Positions 18,798 to 26,889 of a stretch of DNA of 64,000 nt are shown piece after piece. The translations under genes and the position numbers were made by a program. The notes beneath the pieces were generated by a model. It did not search any database and was not told the DNA's origin. It saw only the letters and a list, made by a program, of their open reading frames with translations. Within the stretch, counting starts at the first letter, position 1. The number at the start of each line of letters is the position of its first letter. Origin of the DNA: Fumia sp. (GTDB taxonomy: Bacteria; Bacillota; Clostridia; Oscillospirales; Ruminococcaceae); NCBI GenBank assembly GCA_045615345.1, contig JAZLER010000016.1:17981-81980 (forward strand), in the 5' to 3' direction.

Positions 18798-18944
18798 ATG
18801 CCCGACTATAAAGCTTTATACTACAGTTTATTCAATGCTGTCAGTGACACAATTGATGCATTGAAAAAAGTCCAGGAAGAAGCCGAAGAACTTTATCTTG
18901 AGTCCTCTGAAGATGAAGAAAATGAGGAAGAAAAGGAAGAATAA
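18798..18944 (+). CDS. 48-aa acidic helical hypothetical protein (below ORF-track cutoff)
   Basis: MPDYKALYYSLFNAVSDTIDALKKVQEEAEELYLESSEDEENEEEKEE; AGGAG SD, upstream promoter, downstream terminator. Confidence 0.8.
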   Translation: MPDYKALYYSLFNAVSDTIDALKKVQEEAEELYLESSEDEENEEEKEE

Positions 18945-18973
18945 CTTATTCGTAATCTGCGATATCAGGAACC

Positions 18974-19010
18974 AAAAACGGAGTAATTTGTCATAACTAC
19001 TCCGTTTTTT
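18974..19010 (+). terminator. Intrinsic terminator
   Basis: aaaaacggagta-N12-tactccgtttttt. Confidence 0.75.
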
Positions 19011-19044
19011 GTCTTTTTGTTGGCTTTTTTCAAATCCCGTGCTA

Positions 19045-19073
19045 TTGACATAAATCTCAAAAAATGGTATCAT
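19045..19073 (+). promoter_or_regulatory. Sigma-A promoter of the GH94 gene
   Basis: TTGACA-17-TATCAT with TG extension. Confidence 0.7.
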
Positions 19074-19122
19074 ATTAAACAAGAAAAAGATGGATATTTT
19101 CCATTAAAACAGGAGGATTTTT

Positions 19123-21399
19123 ATGAGCATTGGTTACTTTGTAGACGAGAAAAAAGAATATGTCATTACCAATCATTTTCCCAAAAGACCACTTATGAAC
19201 TATTTGTGGAACGAAACAATTATGATTGATATTGACCAGTTCGGTTTTGGTCCCAACTCTGTATTTGACGAAAAGCGTTATCGTCGTGAACTTTTTGCAG
19301 AGGGCGACAACCGTCTTATCTATATTTATGACCGCGAAGACAATACATATTATGCGGCAAACCGCAACTATACAAAACTTCCCTTCACAAAATGGGAAAC
19401 ACATGTAGGACAGGGTTACTCCCTGATTTCTTCTTCGTATAAAGGTCTTGATGTTGATTACACCATCTTTGCACCCGTTGAAGGACGCGCAGAATGCTGG
19501 GAAATCAAAATCAAGAATAACGGCGACAAAGTGCGTGATCTTTCCGTTTATCCCATGGCTAACGTACACGTTTGCCTCAGTGGACACGCTGCTGACGTTG
19601 CTTCCGACTGGGACGATGAATTCGGCGGTATCTTCTCCCCCGAAAAGCACTTCGATATGGCTTCCGAGTACACAGAATGCTATATGGCATCCGACTGCCC
19701 CGTTGCTGAATACGAACTCGCTGAAGATAACTTCAGAGGTTACTACAACACATTTGCAAACCCCCTTGCTTTGGAAAACGGCGGTACACTTTCTTCTTCC
19801 GCAAGCTGTTTTGACCAGAATCAGACTTTCACACTCCGCCATAACATCAAACTCAACCCCGGTGAAGAAAAAATTATTCGTATTATTGTTGGTGTTGCAA
19901 AAGACAAGGCTCAGGCTATCGCTGAGAAAAACCGTTTGCTTAACGCAAAGGCTTTTGAAGAAAACCTCACAGAAGTTAAAGAACGCGCTAACCAGTACGA
20001 TGACCGTCTTACAATCAAAACAGGCGATGAAACTATCGACAGATTTGTTAACATCTGGCTCAAACGCCAGATTGACCTTGGTAAAACATGGGCTCGTGGC
20101 TATGTTGTAGGCTCCCGTGATGCTATGCAGGATGTTACAAGCTTCGTTCAGCTCGATACTAAGGTTTCCAGAGAAAAAATTCTCTACGCTATGCAGTTTG
20201 TTCGTCCTAACGGAAACATCATCCGTGCTTTCGTTCCGATTATGAAAAAACTCGCTCACGACTGCTCCACATGGACAATTACTGCTGTTTGCCAGTACAT
20301 CAAGGAAAGTGGCGACTACGGAATTTTAGATGTTGACTGTCCTTACTTTGAGTCTGACGAACACGGTACTGTACTTGACCACCTTATGCGTGCTGCTGAC
20401 TTCCTTTTGAGAGGCGTTGGTAAACACGGCTGGACACTCTGGGGCGAATGCGACTGGAACGACTCCCTCAATAACTGTGGTACACAGCTTATCGGTGAAA
20501 GCCTCTGGCTTGCTGAAGCAAGTTGTAAGTGTGGCTTAGAGCTTATTGAACTCCTTGAAAAAATCGGTAAAGACGAAGATGCAAAAATCCTTCGTGCTGA
20601 CCGCGAAAAAATGCTTGAAAACATCCGTGTTCACGGTTGGGAAAAAGACCACTTCATCTATGGTTACAACGATTACGGTCAGAAGGTTGGTTCTTACGAA
20701 TCTCCTGACGGAAACTCTTACTTAAATGCTCAGACATGGGCAGTTCTCGCTGATGTTCTTCCCAAAAATGAGCTCAACACATTGATGGACTATGTTGAAG
20801 ATAACCTCCAGTGCGACTTCGGTTATGTTCAGGTTAACCCTGCTCACACTATCGGTGATGACCGCATCGGTCGTTCTTCTTACTTCACACCCGGTTGTTA
20901 CGAAAACGGCTCTGTTTACAACCACGGTTGTGCATTCAAGATTGTTGCTGACTGCTTGCTCGGTCGCGGTGACGAAGCACTCAAAACTGTAAACTATATG
21001 CTTCCCACTAACCCCCAAAACCCCTCCGAAAAATCCGGTATGGAGCCTTATGCTATCTCCAATATGTACTTAGGCCCGGCTGCTCCTGCAAGAGTTGGTG
21101 AGTCCCCCATGCACTGGATTACAGGTACTTGCGGATGGTTGTTCCGTGGTATCGTTGAGTATATGCTCGGCGTTCAGGCTGACTACGATGGATTGAGAAT
21201 CGTTCCCGCTATGCCCAAAGCTTGGAAAACAGCTTCTGTTCATCGTATCTTCCGCGACTGTACTTATGATATCGAGTACACACATAACTCTTACAATGGT
21301 GCTCTTTCCATTACTGTTGACGGTAAGGCTATTGAAGGCAACCTTCTCCCCTACTTCACAGATGGCAAGGCTCACAAAGTAACAGTTACAATCGGCTAA
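19123..21399 (+). CDS. GH94-like inverting glycoside phosphorylase
   Basis: RDAMQD, DWNDSL, GESLW, Q.WAVL, ENGSVYNH, EPY, WITGT; strong codon bias. Confidence 0.88.
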   Translation: MSIGYFVDEKKEYVITNHFPKRPLMNYLWNETIMIDIDQFGFGPNSVFDEKRYRRELFAEGDNRLIYIYDREDNTYYAANRNYTKLPFTKWETHVGQGYSLISSSYKGLDVDYTIFAPVEGRAECWEIKIKNNGDKVRDLSVYPMANVHVCLSGHAADVASDWDDEFGGIFSPEKHFDMASEYTECYMASDCPVAEYELAEDNFRGYYNTFANPLALENGGTLSSSASCFDQNQTFTLRHNIKLNPGEEKIIRIIVGVAKDKAQAIAEKNRLLNAKAFEENLTEVKERANQYDDRLTIKTGDETIDRFVNIWLKRQIDLGKTWARGYVVGSRDAMQDVTSFVQLDTKVSREKILYAMQFVRPNGNIIRAFVPIMKKLAHDCSTWTITAVCQYIKESGDYGILDVDCPYFESDEHGTVLDHLMRAADFLLRGVGKHGWTLWGECDWNDSLNNCGTQLIGESLWLAEASCKCGLELIELLEKIGKDEDAKILRADREKMLENIRVHGWEKDHFIYGYNDYGQKVGSYESPDGNSYLNAQTWAVLADVLPKNELNTLMDYVEDNLQCDFGYVQVNPAHTIGDDRIGRSSYFTPGCYENGSVYNHGCAFKIVADCLLGRGDEALKTVNYMLPTNPQNPSEKSGMEPYAISNMYLGPAAPARVGESPMHWITGTCGWLFRGIVEYMLGVQADYDGLRIVPAMPKAWKTASVHRIFRDCTYDIEYTHNSYNGALSITVDGKAIEGNLLPYFTDGKAHKVTVTIG

Positions 21400-21423
21400 A
21401 ATTTAAAACCAAAAGCGAGGTAT

Positions 21424-21624
21424 TGGCGTTGTATCCTTACGGGTACAACGCCAGTTTTATTCGCCTTACATCGAGTGATATTGCTATGCAGTTATATTTG
21501 TCTTACGACAAGTGATATTGCCTTCGGCAGTTTAAGACGAATAAAATATCACTGAAACCGCAAGGTTTCAAAATCACTATTGCAAAGCAATAATATCACT
21601 GTGAGCCTTGGCTTACAATATCAC
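21424..21624. repeat. Structured element A: hairpin + 4x(GTGATAT-like + hairpin) + stem + 4x ATATCAC-like separated by hairpins
   Basis: Direct reading of heptamers and intervening inverted repeats; same architecture as 36319-36538. Confidence 0.8.
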
Positions 21625-21718
21625 TTCTTTTGAGATGTGCTTAAAGGGTTTCAGTCACTCATAACAAGTGATGCTTAGGTGCCCCAATGTCCCGCTTGTT
21701 ATAGTGTGGGACAAAAGT

Positions 21719-21748
21719 AAAAGATGCACGAAAATTTCGTGCATCTTT
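21719..21748. terminator. Intrinsic terminator (likely for the XRE gene)
   Basis: aaagatgcacgaaa-a-tttcgtgcatcttt. Confidence 0.75.
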
Positions 21749-21790
21749 CTTATTATCATTTGGAATACATCTCACAATGACCTCGCTTTT

Positions 21791-22033
21791 TTACTTTATT
21801 TCCTGTTCTAAATTATCAAATTCGGGTGTTGAAAAGAATTCCCCTAAAGTTATCTCCAGACCATCACAGAATTTCTTGATGGTAGTTAGCGATATATCCC
21901 GTCTTTCTTTATCCATCATACTGTACGCAGTAGATGGAGTAACCCCTGATATATTTGCAAGTTCATTTATTTTAATGTTTCTTTCTTCGCATAAATTCTT
22001 AAATCTTTCGGCAACAACATCTTTGACACTCAT
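21791..22033 (-). CDS. XRE/Cro-family HTH protein (80 aa)
   Basis: INELANISGVTPSTAYSMM...ISLTTIKKFCDGLEITLGEFF; GAGGTGA SD before ATG 22033. Confidence 0.9.
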   Translation of the reverse strand: MSVKDVVAERFKNLCEERNIKINELANISGVTPSTAYSMMDKERRDISLTTIKKFCDGLEITLGEFFSTPEFDNLEQEIK

Positions 22034-22073
22034 ATTAATCACCTCAAGGATATTGTATGCGTTTTTACATCTC

Positions 22074-22115
22074 TGCGTATACGCACTTGCGTAAAACTTC
22101 AAATAATGTTATACT
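22074..22115 (+). promoter_or_regulatory. Palindromic operator and sigma-A promoter
   Basis: TGCGTATACGCA (22074-22085); TTGCGT(22087)-17-TATACT(22110) with TG extension. Confidence 0.6.
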
Positions 22116-22133
22116 TTACTTGAGATGATTAGA

Positions 22134-22313
22134 ATGAGATGTGAAAACAGTTTCTGTATATACGAGAAAAATGGCAAATGTATTTTAAATGAAATAAACA
22201 TTGACAGTTTAGGAATGTGCACAGAATGTATATATCCTGCTATTGAATAAAACATTTTAAATCAGGCAAAATCAGAGTTTTTAAAATATTACGGGCAAAC
22301 AGATAATAATTAA
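22134..22313 (+). pseudogene. Small Cys-rich (4-5 Cys) protein, possibly interrupted by an in-frame TAA at 22248
   Basis: MRCENSFCIYEKNGKCILNEINIDSLGMCTECIYPAIE*NILNQAKSEFLKYYGQTDNN*; frame continues to a stop immediately before the terminator. Confidence 0.55.
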
Positions 22314-22338
22314 GCGAGGGGATATTTCCCTCGCTTTT
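22312..22338. terminator. Bidirectional intrinsic terminator
   Basis: aagcgaggg-gatattt-ccctcgctttt. Confidence 0.75.
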
Positions 22339-22354
22339 CTTAACATCTGCTACT

Positions 22355-23386
22355 TTATTCACCGATAAATACGGGTCTTTTTTCAAGAATGGATTTGAGT
22401 CCGTGATTAACAAGCGTCAATGCCATTTTTCCGTCGTAACCTGTCACTTCAGGTTCTTCATCGTTTAAAATACAGGAAATAAACGATTCTGCTTCTGCTA
22501 TATAAGCATCACTGAACAAGTTCATCCAGGACACGGTAGAATCCATATGTATCTGTTTATCGGCAGTAACAACTTCTACGGCGTTTGCATTTTGAGTACC
22601 TACCTTCACAATACCCTCTGTACCGAGAATTTCTGCACGGGAATCGTAACCATATCGAACGTACTGCGCACCCGTAATAGTTCCTATAACACCGTTTTCA
22701 AACTCCATCAAAACAGAGCAGGTATCATAGAATTCAGGATATTCTTCAGCTTTCTGCGGACTGCGGAAATTGTTACCCACAGCGTGAATCCATTTCACTT
22801 CGCAGCCTGCATACCAACGCAAAGTGTCAAAATCATGACTGTTTACTTCACCGATAGGGCCGTAGCTTTTACGCACGTCGAACATCCACTCTTTGGGCTC
22901 ACTGGGGCCGTAAGTATTGGATTTAATCATAGTAACGTTGCCTACACGTCCAAGGTCTATCAGCTCCTTGCCACGGCGGAAATTCTTATCGAATCGACGC
23001 ATAAAGCCTAATTGAAGCTTTACACCGTTTTCCTCACAAGCTTTGATCATCTCGTCGCATTCCTGCTCATTATTTGCCATCGGCTTTTCGCAGAATACGT
23101 GCTTCTTGGCACGGGCAGCGGCAATTACAATATCGTGGTGAAACTGTGTAGGTGTAACGACAACTACCGCATCAATTTCGGGATTTGCCATTACGTCATT
23201 ATAGTCAGTATAGCTGTACTTTACGGAGTATTGCTCACAGGCGTTACGCAAATTTTCTTCAAAAGGATCGCATACGGCAATCAACTGTGCATTGGTGATA
23301 TGGTTAGCAAAGCTTTTTGCATGGATCATTCCTGCACGACCGCAACCGATAAGGCACACAGAGATTTTACGCTTATCATTACTCAA
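22355..23386 (-). CDS. Gfo/Idh/MocA oxidoreductase (inositol-2-dehydrogenase-like)
   Basis: GCGRAG, CEKP, GFMRRFD, HDFD, YGYDSRAEILG. Confidence 0.9.
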   Translation of the reverse strand: MSNDKRKISVCLIGCGRAGMIHAKSFANHITNAQLIAVCDPFEENLRNACEQYSVKYSYTDYNDVMANPEIDAVVVVTPTQFHHDIVIAAARAKKHVFCEKPMANNEQECDEMIKACEENGVKLQLGFMRRFDKNFRRGKELIDLGRVGNVTMIKSNTYGPSEPKEWMFDVRKSYGPIGEVNSHDFDTLRWYAGCEVKWIHAVGNNFRSPQKAEEYPEFYDTCSVLMEFENGVIGTITGAQYVRYGYDSRAEILGTEGIVKVGTQNANAVEVVTADKQIHMDSTVSWMNLFSDAYIAEAESFISCILNDEEPEVTGYDGKMALTLVNHGLKSILEKRPVFIGE

Positions 23387-24062
23387 TGCCTGCTTCCTCC
23401 ATTTCCTTCAAAATCTGAATACCACTGGAGGTTCCTATACGGGTAGCACCTGCTTCGATCATTGCCTTTGCGGCTTCAAAGCTACGAACTCCACCTGCAG
23501 CTTTAACCTGCACGTCAGCTCCCGCATATTTTTTCATCAATTTAACGTGTTCTGCCTTGGCACCGTCAGTACCAAAACCCGTACTTGTTTTTACAAAATC
23601 AGGTTTCACACGGGATGCGATTTTTGCAACTTCAATGATTTCTTCCTCAGTAAGATAACAGGTTTCAAAAATTACTTTTACACATATACCTGCCTTACGG
23701 CCTACTGCTACCAACTGGCGCATTTCTTCTTCAATATAAGCGTAGTCGTGTTCTTTTACTTTGCCTACGTTAAGAAGGTAGTCAAATTCCTGACATCCGT
23801 CTGCAACGGCGTTTGAAGCCTCTGCCACCTTGGATGCAATAGTCATCTGACCCAAAGGAAAACCAACTGCTGCACCTGTAAGAACTTCGCTTCCTTCAAG
23901 GAACTCACGGCACATTTTAACGGGATAGGTGTTGATTGCAACCGACTTAAAGCCATAATGCTTTGCTTCATCACACAGTTTCTGGAAGTCCTCCTTTACG
24001 GCAAACGCTTTTAGATTAGTGTGGTCTACCATAGCGGCAAATTGTTTCTTAGTAATAGACAT
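23379..24062 (-). CDS. deoC: Deoxyribose-phosphate aldolase family
   Basis: DHTNLK, VGFPLG, KVIFET, FVKTSTGF, VKAAGGVR, RIGTSSG. Confidence 0.9.
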   Translation of the reverse strand: MSITKKQFAAMVDHTNLKAFAVKEDFQKLCDEAKHYGFKSVAINTYPVKMCREFLEGSEVLTGAAVGFPLGQMTIASKVAEASNAVADGCQEFDYLLNVGKVKEHDYAYIEEEMRQLVAVGRKAGICVKVIFETCYLTEEEIIEVAKIASRVKPDFVKTSTGFGTDGAKAEHVKLMKKYAGADVQVKAAGGVRSFEAAKAMIEAGATRIGTSSGIQILKEMEEAGIE

Positions 24063-24075
24063 TTTAAGTTACCTC

Positions 24076-24178
24076 TTTCGTTTTCTTTTGTATAGTTTCG
24101 TTTACTTTTATATTATATATATTTTTAAAATTTGTGTCAATAGTTTTTATTGACAATTTTCGCTCTTTTTTGTAAAAT
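24076..24178. promoter_or_regulatory. Divergent sigma-A promoters with TTTCGTTT putative DeoR operators
   Basis: Minus TTGACA(24140)-17-TATAAT(24117); plus TTGACA(24150)-17-TAAAAT(24173); two TTTCGTTT copies at ~24076 and ~24096. Confidence 0.65.
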
Positions 24179-24200
24179 ACAAACAGAGAGGATGAGTTAT

Positions 24201-24977
24201 ATGAAAGATACAACTTTATATAATAAAGAACGTCATCAGAAAATTCTTGAGCTTATACGTCAAAACGGCAGTGTAAACGTTGTAAGTCTTGCTGAACGCT
24301 TTCACGTCACAACTGCAACCATCCGTGCAGATTTAAGCCTTCTGGAATCCGCAGGTGCATTGACCCGTACCCACGGCGGTGCTATTACTAAAATTTACGA
24401 CCGTATTGAGCCTAAAATTCATGAACGTCATAACGAAGATGAAAAGAAAAAAATTGCGTCAGAAGCAGTTAAGCTTATAAAAGAAAATGACATTCTTTTA
24501 CTCGATACAGGCACTACAATAGTAAGTTTGGCAAAAGCTTTGGTAGCTTCAAATCTGACACAACTGACAATTTTTTCAAACGATATTGACGTTATCCGTA
24601 TTTTAGAGGAAAAAGAACAATTTTCCTTGCATCTTCTTCCGGGAAAAATAAGAAACGGATTTCACTATTGTCACGGCTCACTGACGTCACAGATGCTTTA
24701 CGACTGTCACTTTAACAAACTGTTTCTGTCCACTTCCTCCATCAGTATAGAAGAAGGTTTAACTACGCAAAATCCTGAACTTGCACAACTTAAACGGATA
24801 ATGATTAACACCGCCGATGAGATAATTTTACTCTCCGACTCAAGTAAACTGCATCACGTGGATTTTCAGAAATTTGCAAGCTTAGAACAGATTGATACGT
24901 TGATTATGGATTCTGATTTAAGTATTGAAGATTCCGACAGACTTAAAAATTCTGTAAAAAATCTGATTTTGGTATAA
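24201..24977 (+). CDS. DeoR/GlpR-family regulator
   Basis: VTTATIRADL...RTHGGA; LDTGTT; DSSK. Confidence 0.95.
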   Translation: MKDTTLYNKERHQKILELIRQNGSVNVVSLAERFHVTTATIRADLSLLESAGALTRTHGGAITKIYDRIEPKIHERHNEDEKKKIASEAVKLIKENDILLLDTGTTIVSLAKALVASNLTQLTIFSNDIDVIRILEEKEQFSLHLLPGKIRNGFHYCHGSLTSQMLYDCHFNKLFLSTSSISIEEGLTTQNPELAQLKRIMINTADEIILLSDSSKLHHVDFQKFASLEQIDTLIMDSDLSIEDSDRLKNSVKNLILV

Positions 24978-24980
24978 AAT

Positions 24981-25012
24981 AAAACCGAGGTGGATTTACA
25001 CCTCGGTTTTTT
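24981..25012. terminator. Bidirectional intrinsic terminator
   Basis: aaaaccgaggtg-gattta-cacctcggtttt. Confidence 0.8.
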
Positions 25013-25913
25013 ATCCTTCAAATTCATCGTAAGCTGTCAGAATATGCTTGCCTATAAGATACATAAGCTTTTCAATTTCTGCCTGCATCTCAAGAGTAGG
25101 TTCAAGAAGACGGTTTTCTTTGTCAAAGCTTCTTCTGGGACCTACCCAAAAATCGGCGGAGCGCAAAGTGTTTGGTGCTTCAAAAGTAAGCGACCCTTTG
25201 AAGTTTATATCCTTTAATGCACAGATTACCTCGTCAACATTCATCGTACCAAAGTACGGAATCATATGCTCGTCAAGTCCACCACGGTTGTCGTTAAAGT
25301 GAACAGCGTACAAATCATCGCCCATCGCCAATATCTCATCATACTGGCTACCCTCGATGTTCGCGTGTCCCGTATCCCAACAGGAATGGAAAAGCGGATG
25401 ATTCACATACTCAGAAAACTCACGCATATCCGCACCGGTTTTAGGCCAGTAAAAATTCGATGTCGTACCATTTTCGTGCAAAACATTTACGTTATTCTTT
25501 TCCATTGTATCAAAAAGCTGTTCAAAGAAAGCCTTGTTACGCTTTTGCCACTCCAATTTAGATATGTCATAAGCCCAGCCTGGGTGAACAACCATATTTT
25601 TGATACCTAAAATTCCGCAAATCTCAATACATCTTTTATTTATATCAACCAACCTGTCAAACTGACCATCAGTAAGAGGATTACCAGCCGGTGAATGGCA
25701 CTGCACAAACTCAATACCGTTTGATTTTGCGTATTCATTTATCTTTTCTGCGTTCTTTCGCCAGTCGTCTGAAATGAGCAACTCATCGTTCTCAAAAACA
25801 CTGTAAAGACTTAAATCAATATACTTAAACCCAGCCTTACGTACCTGTTCAATTCGTTCTGTGTAAGTACCGCAAAAACTGTTAAAATCTTCTGTTGTAG
25901 TTGCAAGTTTCAT
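25011..25913 (-). CDS. Sugar-phosphate isomerase/epimerase (xylose-isomerase-like TIM barrel)
   Basis: VVHPG, HEN, WDTGHA, VHFNDN, DEH.IP.FG, TFE. Confidence 0.85.
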   Translation of the reverse strand: MKLATTTEDFNSFCGTYTERIEQVRKAGFKYIDLSLYSVFENDELLISDDWRKNAEKINEYAKSNGIEFVQCHSPAGNPLTDGQFDRLVDINKRCIEICGILGIKNMVVHPGWAYDISKLEWQKRNKAFFEQLFDTMEKNNVNVLHENGTTSNFYWPKTGADMREFSEYVNHPLFHSCWDTGHANIEGSQYDEILAMGDDLYAVHFNDNRGGLDEHMIPYFGTMNVDEVICALKDINFKGSLTFEAPNTLRSADFWVGPRRSFDKENRLLEPTLEMQAEIEKLMYLIGKHILTAYDEFEG

Positions 25914-25925
25914 AAAATCACCTTT

Positions 25926-26708
25926 CTAAAATAACACTTCCACATATCCGCCTGCAGAAATTGTAACATAGTTTTTTCCGTTATCGGTATGGAAGGTATA
26001 ATCTTTACCAAAAACAGGTCTGATTGCTTTATCACAAATAATCTCTGCTGTTTTTGTGGCTTCGGGTATAAGGCGGTCACCGGTTGCAACAGTACGCTCA
26101 ATACCATTGTTATTGATAATTATCAGGCGATAACCACCATCAACGCAGTTTATCATCCAATGAAGTCCACCGTCAACCCAGCAAGGAAGGATTTTCTTCA
26201 AAACTTCAGTAATATTCTCAGGTTCCACTATGTTTTTATGTTTTGCAGAAAAATTGCTGTCGCCTGTCAGATCGATGAGATAATCATATTTTTCCAAATC
26301 ATTATCAGCGTGGACTATATCAAACACATCGGGCATTCCGCCATTTTTGATTATATAAGTTTCGTTACCAAGAGCTTCCTTTTCATCGCCAAAAATCTTA
26401 CCGAAAACTTCGGCAATTCTGTCGCACTGAATCCTTTTAACAGCTGACTTCGGGAAACCAAGATATCCATCATTACCATCATCTATAAACAGTGCCATAT
26501 CCATAACTTCAAAATCTGTAGGCAACACAATCGCAATCGGTGTATATGCAGTTCCCCTGTCATCTGAACGAACACTGTTATTGAATTTTTCTTCATCTTC
26601 AAGGTAAATATGTTGCATACATCTGATACCATCGTTCTCACCAACAAACCCTGCTTTCACAGTAGCTTCCCAGGTTTTCGGATGATAGGTATGGAAAAAT
26701 CGAAACAT
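25926..26708 (-). CDS. Hypothetical protein, possibly an internally deleted glycoside-hydrolase-like gene
   Basis: GGAGG SD; short N-terminus followed abruptly by DRGTAYTPIAIVLP and a beta-rich C-terminal region. Confidence 0.6.
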   Translation of the reverse strand: MFRFFHTYHPKTWEATVKAGFVGENDGIRCMQHIYLEDEEKFNNSVRSDDRGTAYTPIAIVLPTDFEVMDMALFIDDGNDGYLGFPKSAVKRIQCDRIAEVFGKIFGDEKEALGNETYIIKNGGMPDVFDIVHADNDLEKYDYLIDLTGDSNFSAKHKNIVEPENITEVLKKILPCWVDGGLHWMINCVDGGYRLIIINNNGIERTVATGDRLIPEATKTAEIICDKAIRPVFGKDYTFHTDNGKNYVTISAGGYVEVLF

Positions 26709-26889
26709 ATAAACCCTCCTCTTACAATTATCAAACAGATAATATATAAATAGCCGCAGATATCCGGATAACTACAACTGCTTAAAGTCACTATCTACAT
26801 ATTAACATTATATTTTTAAAAGTCAAGAAAAAGATTTACTTTTCCTTTCAGCTATGATACAATAAAACAAAAAATGTCAGGTGGATAAA

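Noticed and set aside
19075-20259. 394-aa antisense ORF overlapping the GH94 gene
   Set aside because: Codon-register shadow of a strongly biased sense gene; no recognisable motifs.
21424-21624. Elements A and B as CRISPR arrays
   Set aside because: The repeats are only 7 nt, the 'spacers' are mostly self-complementary 9-34 nt hairpins, orientation flips midway, and there are no cas genes.
18482-22313. Prophage or ICE remnant suggested by the RHH and XRE genes
   Set aside because: No integrase, transposase, relaxase or phage structural genes, and no att-like direct repeats found.
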